A stretch of DNA of 64,000 bases. Origin: Macrostomum lignano. Taxonomy: Eukaryota. The position numbers and the translations under genes were made by a program. The number at the start of each line of letters is the position of its first letter. The first letter of the stretch is position 1. Shown here piece after piece: positions 1 to 13,500 of the stretch. The stretch lies in contig NIVC01002574.1 of the NCBI GenBank assembly GCA_002269645.1, positions 96,805 to 160,804 on the forward strand. The letters run 5' to 3'. A model generated the notes under the pieces. It was not told the origin of the DNA, did no database searches, and saw only the letters and a list, made by a program, of their open reading frames with translations.

Positions 1-185
1 TGTTTGATGAAGCAATGTCTAGCAGCAGTGGCAGCTCTGCAACAGAACTGAGCTGCGTTCTGGGCGAATGGGATTAATGGCTTGAGTCAGTCAGTTTCTT
101 GGGTTTGAATACATCTGCTAATGGGCTGAAGTTAAATGTTTGTTTAATTTAACATTATACCAAGAGTTTAGTGATGTCACCTCTT

Positions 186-601
186 GTGCTGGCGCCTCTG
201 GTGCTGGCGCCTCTGGTGCTGGCGCCTCTGGTGCTGGCGCCTCTGGTGCTGGCGCCTCTGGTGCTGGCGCCTCTGGTGCTGGCGCCTCTGGTGCTGGCGC
301 CTCTGGTGCTGGCGCCTCTGGTGCTGGCGCCTCTGGTGCTGACGCCTCTGGTGCTGGCGCCTCTGGTGCTGGCGCCTCTGGTGCTGGCGCCTCTGGTGCT
401 GGCGCCTCTGGTGCTGGCGCCTCTGGTGCTGGCGCCTCTGGTGCTGGCGCCTCTGGTGCTGGCGCCTCTGGTGCTGGCGCCTCTGGTGCTGGCGCCTCTG
501 GTGCTGGCGCCTCTGGTGCTGGCGCCTCTGGTGCTGGCGCCTCTGGTGCTGGCGCCTCTGGTGCTGGCGCCTCTGGTGCTGGCGCCTCTGGTGCTGGCGC
601 C
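186..601. repeat. 15-bp minisatellite (GGTGCTGGCGCCTCT)n, about 27 near-perfect copies
   Basis: Direct reading; explains the GASGA/STRGA/LAPLV pseudo-ORFs. Confidence 0.97.
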
Positions 602-1184
602 CAACCCAGTCAAATAAAACGACGCTCCCTCAATACGCAACCCATCCACTGAAGAATCCCAAGCTACGACCCTTGAGTACACAACCTGTAGTCTGAATTA
701 TCACATGGCTCTTGACATCGGCGGAACCGATGCAATGATTGAATGTCTGGAAGGTTTCCTAACAACTTGAAAGTTAATTGCTTTATTTCAAACACGGGTC
801 AGGCATTCTTGTCGCAGGAAATTTGCATGTCAATCTACTTTAAGTAAAAGCAGAGCCAGCAAAGCAGTCGCACTGCCGCCTTCGCCCCCCTCGCTTAAAC
901 CCCCGTCCAGTTTGAAAAAGTGCGGCAAAGAGGACCAACAGGAGGAAGGCAATCGCTACCAGAAGGACGACCGGATGTGAGGCGTGAAGGCAGCTCAAAA
1001 TCGCGGCATCGAGTACTCAATAGACTCTCGTATTTGTAGACGGCTTTGCCTGTGGTGTCCAAATAGTGCAAATTTTATGTCTGGTTTGAGTTTTCGTTGA
1101 AGAATGCGATTGGTGAGGTGGGAATGTATGGGATCCTCTGAAGTATAATTGAAGAAAGTGTGAGCCGGATCCGAGGTTTGTAAC

Positions 1185-1645
1185 TTGTTCAGTTTGATTC
1201 CGTTTGAGTTAATCCATTGTAACGTAATCCAGTTCAAGTTAATCCAGTTCGAGTTAATCCAGTGCGAGTTAATCCAGTTCGAGTTAATCCAGTTCGAGTT
1301 AATCCATTGTAAGTTAATCCAGTTCGAGTTAATCCAGTGCGAGTTAATCCAGTTCGAGTTAATCCAGTTCGAGTTAATCCATTGTAAGTTAATCCAGTTC
1401 GAGTTAATCCATTGTAAGTTAATCCTGTTCAATTTAATCCTGTTCAAGTTAATCCAGTTCAAGTTAATCCAGTTTGAGTTAATCCAGTTCGAGTTAATCC
1501 ATTGTAAGTTAATCCAGTTCGAGTTAATCCATTGTAAGTTAATCCTGTTCAATTTAATCCTGTTCAAGTTAATCCTGTTCAAGTTAATCCTGTTCAAGTT
1601 AATCCTGTTCAAGTTAATCCAGTTCAAGTTAATCCAGTTCAAGTA
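1185..1645. repeat. 15-bp minisatellite (AGTTAATCCAGTTCG)n with variants
   Basis: Direct reading. Confidence 0.95.
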
Positions 1646-2395
1646 CATATAGTTTCGCACCTGCCTCCAATAAAGTAATATTCTGCGAGCTAATCTTATA
1701 ATTTTAGTCCGGTATTTACATGTACATGTCACAAAAATATGCACACTTTCTAGTAGTAATTTACGTCTTCTGTTACAATATTATCAACTCGTTCCGTTCC
1801 TTCAATTCCAAGACTTAATTTGCACGACATTTTTAAGTTTTAAATTTGAGTTTTAAAAAAACTTAATTACGTATTCTTCAAGTCTGCAACAGCATACATG
1901 AAGACGTTGCAAATACTCTGCACTCTCCTGCTTTCGTAATATTTTTTAAACAGAATTATAACCATAATTATTGCAGGTGAAACTGGCCCTGTACTTCTGG
2001 CTAATTCAATAACAGTGGGCTAGACATTCATTCCGTTTGCTCTCGCCCCTGATTGGTTGAACTGTTAAGCCAATCAGCAGTAGCCTCAGCCGATTTGCTA
2101 GCCCAGTTTTAATTGGTTAAAAACTCTCAACCAATTAGAAATGAGTATGCATACACGAACTTTCTGCGTGGCACTGTTCTAATCGTTAACAGAATTTTTT
2201 TTAACTTAAAGATTGGACGTTGGAAAGTCCGATGTATTTTTACTTGTATTTTAATTGCTGATTCTGTTGCCATGTTTCTCTATCAGACTATATGTTGCAT
2301 AGCGTTACATATGCAACTTAACTACTTCTTCAGAAATATACTATAGTAACTGTTGATACTTTAGCAGGCGCTTTTTTTGTCTAAGTAGTGTAGGC

Positions 2396-3063
<668 letters not shown>

Positions 3064-4786
3064 CCTTATACAGATTATACAATATTTAAGCTACGAGTCG
3101 AAAATTCCTAAATTAATTGCCTTCTCTTGAAGCTGCTGTTTTGAAGTTCAGCTACATGTACTTTCTGCTACTACTCGTACATGTATAGCTGGATGCTCGT
3201 TAAGCGATATATAGCAATGAATTTCAGTCAAGAATTTTCGGAGAGCGAAAAATTTATTTTATGCAGCTAATTATATTTTGCATGTAGAAGTTAGAAGCTA
3301 AATTGTATAATTGGAAATTGATCTGCATGCTACAGAATTAATGCAACCAAACTGTCCTGGCCTAATCGTATCAAATAATAACTGGCGTAAAGAAAATAAT
3401 TAATTAAATGGGTAAAATGCTGAATCATTCTTACATCTAGTATTGCCTGTGATGATGAAGCGATCCGTTGGCTTGCCGGTCCCATGGCTTACGCCTAACT
3501 AAGGACCACTATAATCAAGGACTAGTTTATAAAGAAGTATTTGTCATGCTTAGCCCTTGGCTAAGCGATTCGATCCATACAAGCTTGTACATGTATATCG
3601 TTTAAGATGTCGGATTTTCGGTGCTACATGTATATCTGAAACTACTACTCAAGTGTTTTAATTCAGAGTAGTCTGCATACATCATTAGGTCTGAAATTCA
3701 ATGCATTATGGGTATGCACATTATGATGCACTGCAATAGTGTGGTCGGAGATTTGTGCCACCTGCACGGCCTGTTGATCATAATTGTGAAAGGTTGGCTG
3801 ATGGTAAGTACGATTGACGGTGAGTACATTGACGGGTACGGTGAGGGCAAATATGTGTCATTTAATAGCACGAAGTGCGCATGTAGAATTTGTGTCAGGA
3901 TGACAATTATTCAAGGACCATTGAATATACTGTACATGTACGCTCGTATATACATTTATGTAGTCAGTGGTCCTATGGCAATTATCTTAAGACATATTCT
4001 GCAGGTAGTGCGTAAGAAATTAACTAAAGAAATGGTCATTGGTTGAAACTGTGTTGTATATCTGCCGCCGTTTTTCTCAAGAAATCTATGAGTACATGTA
4101 CATGCAGCTACTTGCATGACATGTTACTCTGGTTGGGATAGGAGCTTAACATAATAAATGCAAAAGCCTCCATTTTTTTTAAAACCAATGCCCATTTCCG
4201 TACCCTGTGACACAGAGGCATCATTGCATCAATCATACATGTTAACATGTACACATTATACACATAGTTTGTTCTGTACCGTTACAGTTTCTAAATATTT
4301 TTTATTTTTCATGCATATTTAAAATATGAGCTTACTTTGCATAAAAAGTCACGAAAATATGTTTATTTTTAAGGTTGATTTTTTTCATTCTACTAATGCT
4401 GCTATACCCTTTAAGTTATATTTGATTTAGTATTTGAACTCGTGTTAAAGACGATAATTCTATAATTTAATTTATCAACGCTTTCCTGTCGACTGACGAC
4501 TTCTTGTTCTTGTGCTAGCCAGCCTTGTAGCAGTCCATAAGTCTGTATAGCCCAGAACGACAGTAATAGCAATAGGAACAGAAAGACTGCATTTGTGAGC
4601 TGCGGCAGTTGGTATTTCGTTAGTTTTAAAGTGTAAGTTATACCTGATTTTTAATTTCAAATCGGTGCATCCCGTCCAGGACCAGGCCGTCCTCTGTTCA
4701 TTGGAATTAACAGAAGTGTTCCTGCGATACGTTAATCTGTGTTTTGCATTCACCTTCTTTTTAAATTACTATTATTACATTGTAAA

Positions 4787-7511
4787 ATGGCAGCTACTTC
4801 CTGTCTGTTTCTGATAACTGGTGAATGTCTTACAGACGATGATATTGGACCCTTGTCTGAATTAATTATACTAGGTAAGGTGATACAACTTTGCTTTTCA
4901 GCTTAAAATTCTTTGTTAATTGGCCTTGGTTTAAGTATATTTTATTTTCTAGGAATGGATTGTTTCTATTATAATGTTGACATCGAAATCAAAGTTAGAC
5001 CCAGGGCCAATGCCTTCTAAGTTTAAAAAATAGAAAATTAAAAATTCAAATCAAATGTTCATTTATCAATGTTGTTTAGTAGACTTGTATGTATATTATA
5101 TTTCAACATTTAGGTCTAGATATATTAATTGAATTTAATATTATACATGTTTAATAATTCAACTTACCAAAAAAATAATTGAATAGGCTCTAGTCAAAAG
5201 ATTGATAGTTATTTTGTCTGCTGCCAGTTCATCTGCTATTCTTTTGTCTAGAAAAATATGATGCATTCATTTTGTTTGCTATATAATATTAAATATAATA
5301 TCAGTATTTATTGTGTATATAATAATATTAAAATAGAGAAAATTGAGTGCTATATAATATAGAATGCCAACCACTAAAGGAATGCATAAGGCAAAAGTGA
5401 AACTGATTTCACTGCAAAGTAGGTCACTCTCTTTTGGCCTTAGACAAATATTTTCCTCAAAAAGCAGATACATATGCAACAATTCTCTCAATAATCTATT
5501 TTGAGCTTAGTAATTTGCCATTGCTTTCAGCAATTATTCATTAGATTCAAATTACTGTTTCTGGTCTAAAGGCAAGTGACCAGATAAAAATATTGCATGC
5601 AAAAATGGGCTTTATTTTCTCATTGCTCGTTGGCATTTTATGTATAGTGCTCAATATTCTCTATATTAAAAGTAAATATCTATATATCTTAAAACGCATA
5701 AAATATTTAAGATAGTAAATTCATTTTGTTAGAAGTATAAACAAATCTAGAAATAACATTTCCCAAACATTCAAAATGTAAAGTCATCAATATTATATGG
5801 CTATACAACTATAGTGTAACTTTTGTTTATAATGAATAAATTTTGCAATTGGGATATCAATGCATTTATCAGTAGATAAGGCCTAGGCTTATATTAATGC
5901 TTATAATAGTTAGCCAATTTTATTGAACTCAAGAATTGCAATTGCAAATTTAGCCTTCAATATATATATTTATACTGTCTAGTCTAAATTTGTCAAAAAT
6001 ATTAACAAATGTTCAAATTTTATATTAAATTTTTTTGAATTTAAAATATTGCAATAAACAAAATTACACATACAAAAAGTAATATCTCAATGTAAATCTT
6101 TGCATGACTCAAAATATCTTATAGAAAATTAGCTTTATATAAGTTTTGTAACTGATTTTATTCTTTTTTAAAGTCATTTTATCTGCTAGCAGACAAAAAA
6201 GTGGCAAACAAAATGACTGCACACCATCAAAAGTAGGAAATGATAATACTTATTCCTAATTTATTTTTTGAATTAAAGCCTAATATGAAGTCTATTATTA
6301 AATAATATAGGCTATACTTAAAAATTTATAAACTCCAAATTTCTCACAACTATATAATATTATATAGGATACTAGTTGTTTCAGTGACGTCTTTTAAACA
6401 AGAGAAATTTTAGTAACAAATAGTTATAAGTTGAAGGTCCAAGCAAAGGGTTTGATTCTCTTGACTCCATCTACTTAGAATGGTTTGTATATTTGAACAA
6501 AAAATGACCATATTGCTTTAGTTCACGTAGCTATAAAATTAATATAGGTCAGTATTAGCTAAGATAATTAAGGATATTATATGGCAACCCTCTTAGTCCT
6601 TAGACTAAATAGCCATATATAGCTTTTAGATACACTATGCAGTAGCTTTACCTAAACTACTATTTATTGCACATCTTATGGTTATGATTAGGGTAAGTAT
6701 AATCAATTATTGTTATTATTTGTCAAGTATTTCTATAGTTTAAACCCATTACTTATTAACAGTGTTTTAGTTAGTATTATACAAAAATAATGGCCATGAC
6801 TGAATTTGTATGAACTTTAGCCCCCCTCCCACTACACAATGTGCACATGGCATTTGAACTAGAAATGTTGAATGTGTTCCCATAACCATATTTCATATCT
6901 GTATGTTCTGCCTAAAACCTCTGTATCTGTAACCACCCATATCTATATCCACAGCTACAGCGAAAGTTTAGAGTTTTGTTTCAGATTAATATTTGACGAT
7001 CCTAATAAGGGTACTTTACATTACTATTAGGGAGTACTGCTTGTACTTGTGGACAATTAGCATAGTTTTGACTAGTCTCGCAATCCTCCAACAGGTGTGC
7101 ACGCTTGGGACACCAGCTCCTTGGGATTGGACATTAATGAAGAATTGAAAACATTCGTTTCGTCTAACCCCAGCCCGCAGAGCTACAATCAGAATGAGAA
7201 AGGTAAGCTAAAAATTGTTTTGTTTATTTCCTGTTCCCAGCGCTGCCAAAGGTGTCAACATGGACTGATATCTGTGCGCAATGTATAATATGGAAAGAAA
7301 CAAGGCGTTTAATTTGCATTGCACACGCATCGATTAGCTTGGCTTGTGTACAGAATCCAATGTATATTTTTACAAGCCGTTATTGCTTCACAGAGATATT
7401 ACAGAGTTCAATAGAATTCACACGAAATCTAAACAGCTGTATATACAATCTGTACCAGCTAAGGGTGCGTTTTATTATAGAAGACTAACAGAGCGGCTTG
7501 AGAAAACGTGA

Positions 7512-7560
<49 letters not shown>

Positions 7561-10500
7561 AGCATTTGGCGAGGGGAGTGTTGCCTTCGGCAAAACTCTG
7601 GCTTGCTTATATCGCCTCAAATGAGTCATTCGTATAATTGTTTACGGCCCGCCGAGAGTTCGCTTCGATGCATTTCTATGTTGTTCTTCTTTTTCCTTAC
7701 ACTATGCATGTATGAGTGCCTAGTGAAACTGCGTATGGCTGTGTATCGCACTGCAGACGAGATGTCTGTGTACAAGTAGAGACTCTCATAGTGCAGTACT
7801 GTCGTAGCTCTTATTCTCTCGCCTTACCATATTGCCCTCTATTGTGGTGGCTCTGCTATCTGTCTGGGGCCCGGCTCTGACAGCAGGTGACCCCGACTGT
7901 GTTTGCCAAGGCAATGCCCGACCTGACTCTGTGTAGCTCAGTGTGCTTAGTCTAATAGGTATATTAACCTCTGATAAAAACACACACATATGCATACAGT
8001 CCTGCGAGTTAAAGAAGTATTGTTCACACAGCAATGATAATGATCTCTTTAATCAGATTATCGCTTTGTATGAGTTATTTGAAACTAAATCTAGTTTAAA
8101 TATTCTCTTTGTGCGGCCAAAGCATTTTCACAGCTCAGTGCCTCAGCCGAGAGCAAGTACAGGAGAAAAAATCAATGATTTCTCTTAGAATTATGGCATT
8201 CTCCACATACTCAACTAGAGGTAGAGAAGTGAGGATTTATTGTGCGTGTTAAATCCCAAATCCCATGATTTAGGAAAATACTTATTTTCAACTCTAGCTG
8301 ACACAAGTGCATTTGGTTCCAAGCTATAGTTTTTGTTTTGTAAGTTCGAGGGTAAAGTTGGAAGTTCAGCGTTTTGAGGCATGGATTTCTAATGATTAAA
8401 ATCTGGATTGGAAATCCAAGACTGGTGCATTTTAACATGGAGGCTTAATCTTATTTGTATTTGGGCTTTAAACAACTGCTCACGGGTTGAGTTGAGTTCA
8501 TTGATCAACTTTGAGTCTTTGACCCTGGAGTTTCCTCTCCAGAGTGTGGGTTTAGAATGCTTTCATTCAAGCAATGTGCTAAGTTTGGGGTTGAGTGAGT
8601 CAGCTTGCTTGTCTGACTGTTTGCAAGGATTAATTAACTCGGAATGAATAAGGCCAGGTGTTTTTCTTACTGACTTTTTTGGCGTCCAATCAGACTTTTT
8701 GAAAGACTGCTGTGCTCACAGCCTTTGAGCAGGATTAGAAATTCCATGTCTATTGTTTCTTTAACTGCTGGCTCCAACAGTCTCATCGAAGTTCTTTCCA
8801 ATGCGGGGGTCGCTTTCACCCCCTTGCTGGTCACGCCAATGTCAAGGCTTGTGAAGATTCGAGCTTGTGAAGATTCGAGCTTGAGTATTCGAGCTTGTGA
8901 TGAAGTTTCGAGCTTGTGAAGATTCGAACTTGTGATGAAGTTTCGAGCTTGTGGAGATTCGAGCTTGTGATGAAGTTTCGAGCTTGTGAAGATTCGAACT
9001 TGTGATGAAGTTTCGAGCTTGTGATGAAGATTCGAGCTTGTGAAGTTTCGAGCTTGTGAAGATTCGAGCTTGTGAAGATTCGAGCTTGTGATGAAGTTTC
9101 GAGCTTGTGAAGATTCGAGCTTGTGAAGATTCGAGCTTGTAAAGATTCGAGTTTGTGAAGATTCGAGCTTGTGAAGATTCGAGCTTATGAATATTCGAGC
9201 TTGTGAAGATTCGAGCTTGTGAAGATTCGAGCTTGTGAAGATTCGAGCTTGTGAAGATTCGAGCTTGTGAAGATTCGAGCTTATGAATATTCGAGCTTGT
9301 GAAGATTCGAGCTTGTGATGAAGTTTCGAGCTTGTGATGAAGATTCTAGCTTGTGAAGTTTCGAGCTTGTGAAGATTCGAGCTTGTAATGAAGTTTCGAG
9401 CTTGTGATGAAGTTTTGAGCTTGTGAAGATTCGAGCTTGTGAAGATTCGAGCTTATGAATATTCGAGATTGTGAAGATTCGAGCTTGTGAAGATTCGAGC
9501 TTGTGAAGATTCGAGCTTGTGATGATTCGAGCTTGTGAAGATTCGAGCTTGTGAAGATTCGAGCTTGTGAAGATTCGAGCTTATAAAAGTAACAAGCAAG
9601 ATTTTTCACGATTTTGAAAATTAACCGCAGCTGTGAGAGAAAACAGGTGCATACGGAGTTTAAAAAGAAATTTACAGTTTTAACGAGAATTTTTTTCATA
9701 CACCGATGAGAATCCAGAAACTTTGCGAAACCCAGATCTGCATTCGCCTCATTTTTAACGAAAGTAACTTGATAAAGATTCAATCTTGTGAAACAACCCT
9801 CTTCCGTGACGCAATTATTACGATGAGATAATGAGAGTTTGTATTGTAAAATGTTTCTACTTGAAAGTTTGTAGCGATTTGAAGATTCTCACTGGGGTGA
9901 GTTTGATTCCGCCTGAGTTTGTTTTGCTTGCTAGACCGACTCTGTTAGTTCTTTAATTAGCTGTTTTTTTCAGTTTTAATTTGCCCCAAGCATCGCAGGT
10001 AGTTGGTGCCGGAGTTTTGTGTGCTACTTTTTTCTCAAAGTTTCATAAGTCTGGCTTTTCTTTTGTGGGTCAGTGTTTTTTTGCTAGTCGGTAAATAGGC
10101 TGTTTTCCTATGCAGAGCTGTTCAGTGTCACCTGCTGCTCTTGTCTAATCTATAGTCTAGAACTGTTTCGTCTGCATTGGGCTTTATTATCGCTAACTGG
10201 TTTGCTAAGCAGAAAAACAGTGCAACTTGAAATGAAGAAAGTAAATTAACACCGTGTGTCTGCTTCCCAATCTACAAGGCTTTTAATTTACCTCTAAACT
10301 GTTTATGATCAATATCTGACAGATCCCATTTGATTTGATCCCTACAGCAGATCCCAATCTCATTTGATCCCTCCAGCAGATCCCGATCTCATTTGATCCC
10401 TACAGCAGATCCCGATCTCATTTGATCCCTACAGCAGATCCCGATCCCATTTGATTTGATCCCTACAGCAGATCCCGATCCCATTTGATTTGATCCCTAC

Positions 10501-13500
10501 AGCAGATCCCGATCTCATTTGATCCCTACAGCAGATCCAGATCCCATTTGATTTGATCCCTACAGCAGATCCCGATCCCATTTGATTTGATCCCTACAGC
10601 AACAGCAGATCCCGATCCTATTTGATTTGATCCCTACAGCAGATCCCGATCCCATTGATTTGATCCCTACAGCAACAGCAGATCCCGATCCTATTTGATT
10701 TGATCCCTCCAGCAGATCCCGATCTCATTTGATCCCTACAGCAGATCCCGATCTTATTTGATCCCTACAGCACATCCAGATCCCATTTGATTTGATCCCT
10801 ACAGAAGATCCCGATCTCATTTGATCCCTACAGCAGATCCAGATCCCATTTGATTTGATCCCTACAGCAGATCCAGATCCCATTTGATTTGATCCCTACA
10901 GCAACAGCAGATCCCGATCCTATTTGATTTGATCCCTACAGCAGATCCCGATCCCATTTGATTTGATCCCTACAGCAACAGCAGATCCCGATCCCATTTG
11001 ATTTGATCCCTACAGCAACAGCAGATCCCGATCCTTTTTGATTTGATCCCTACAGCAGATCCCGATCCCATTTGATTTGATCCCTACAGCAACAGCAGAT
11101 CCCGATCCCATTTGATTTGATCCCTACAGCAACAGCAGATCCCGATCCTTTTTGATTTGATCCCTACAGCAGATCCAGATCCCATTTGATTTGATCTGTA
11201 CAGCAGATCCCGATCCCATTTGATTTGATCTCTACAGCAGATCCCGATCTCATTTGATTTGATCCTGACAAGAGGGTTTAAAATTAGTTGTCAAGGACAA
11301 GCCCAGTTACATATGATCGAACCAGGGACACAGATCCCCACTCCCCATCCTCTTTGATGAAATTTTCGTGTTTTCATTCAAAGCTAGCATCAGTAGTTAC
11401 TGTTAGCTCAATTATCCTTCATGCACAGGATTTATGCCAGAATCTCTAATCTGCCAATTCCCAGGCGAGTCCGTCATCCGCGTATTCTCCGACAAGCTCT
11501 GCGTTGCCGCTCTCATCAACCCGGGCCTGTTCACCTTGGCCAGCCAGCTCGAATGGCTGCTGCAGACGCCATTCATCAACCGGCATCTGGTGTTCGCCGG
11601 CCGCCAGTCCGACGAACTTGGCGACTGGCTGCTCAAGGATGCCAGCGTGTCGCCCGCTCGCCTCGGCCAGATGCTGCGCTCTGCACCCGACGCTTCGCTG
11701 CCGCCAGATCATCGGTGAGATGCAGTTGGATGCGATAGATTGGTAGTTGGATGCGGTAGATTGGTAGTTGGATGCGATAGATTGGTAGTTGGATGCGGTA
11801 GATTGGTAGTTGGATGCGATAGATAGTAGTTGGATGCGATAGATTGGTAGTTGGATGCGGTAGATTGGTAGTTGGATGCGATAGATTGGTAGTTGGATGC
11901 GGTAGATTGGTAGTTGGATGCGATAGATTGGTAGTTGGATGCGGTAGATTGGTAGTTGGATGCGATAGATAGTAGTTGGATGCGATAGATAGTAGTTGGA
12001 TGCTGTAGATTGGTAGTTGGATGCGGTAGATTGGTAGTTGGATGCGATAGATTGGTAGTTGGATGCGGTAGATTGGTAGTTGGATGCGATAGATTGGTAG
12101 TTGGATGCGATAGATTGGTAGTTGGATGCGGTAGATTGGTAGTTGGATGCGGTAGATTGGTAGTTGGATGCGATAGATTGGTAGTTGGATGCTGTAGATT
12201 GGTAGTTGGATGCGATAGATTGGTAGTTGGATGCGGTACATTGATAGTTGGATGTGGTACATTGGTAGTTGGATGCGGTAGATTGGTAGTTGGATGTGGT
12301 ACATTGGTAGTTGGATGTGGTACATTGGTAGTTGGATGCGATAGATTAGTGGTTGTTGATGTGCAGCAGTCTGGTAGATGGGAGGTGAGATTAACAGCCA
12401 CCCCCGACTCCGCTCCCATTCCAGATTCAGCATCTCCTGCGCTCTGAACGCGGCCGGCTCAAGCTGGAAGTCGGCGAAGCCGCCTCTGACGGAATTCCGC
12501 GCCCACGCCCAGCAGTCGGAATTGGACCAATCGGCCGTGCCTGGCGCCGTCCAGCTGGCCGGATTCCTGGCCGGCAAGCAGTGCGGCCTGGCCAATGTTG
12601 AGCAGCGACTCCGGCCAGCCGGCACAGTGGGTAACATTCGAATCGCCAAGCCCACGCTGTACGTGTTCCCGGCCGGCCTGGGCGACTCCTGCTACCTGGG
12701 CGTGGACGGGTTCGGCCTGCTGGTGAACACCGGTGCCGGCAGGACCCCCGCCTTCTGGCCCTTCCTGGCCCATCTGGATCGGGTGAGTCCTGGCAGCTGT
12801 TATCCATACTGTCCGTGAACTCATCTGGGGCTTGTACATGCCTGGCGATTAGAAAGTCAGGGCCGCTGTGCACCCTCCCGACCGAAAATAATTGCCCTCT
12901 CAAAAACAGTAAGTGTGCCAGTTGTGCCGCAGCTATACCATTTAGCACAGTTATAAATGTCTTTGTATGTCCTATTTGGCTTTTTACGCTGCATATTTTT
13001 ACAAATCATAAGTCCAGATTGTCTCATTTCCTAGAAAGTTTGAAGCCCTTGCTAGAAATCAGCTGCTCCTTCTTAGAATTGGAAAATCGGTTTTATATAA
13101 GTCTGCAGATTGCCCAGAATTAGATGTCTTTCTTAGAATCTTACGTAAGATTCTTTCCTACCGTACATCAGTTTGACTTCTTTCCCTATCGAAGAATTCT
13201 GGTTTTGAATGTTGAAGGTTGAAGTTAAAGTTCGAATATCGAATAAGTGTAGAGCTCGGCCCCCGACCGCAGGTGGACGGCCTCCTACTCAGCCACTGGG
13301 ATCACGACAACCTGCCCGGCCTGCTGGCTCTGCTAGAGCGCCTATCGGTGAAGGAGGCCGGCGGCGGAGCCCCGGTCCTCGGCTGCGCCCTGCTGCCCTG
13401 CCGGCCACGACTGGCCGACGAAGCGGCCTCCGATGCGGCTGCCGCAAACGGCGGCCAGCACCGGCTGGAGGCGAGCATCCGCCGAGACGCCGTGTCGGCA

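Noticed and set aside
806-979. Possible terminal exon (KFACQSTLSK...DDRM)
   Set aside because: No homology recognised and no upstream exon support
8160-10300. Possible minus-strand gene or LINE remnant in MAP1 intron 2
   Set aside because: No recognisable motifs or consistent splice model
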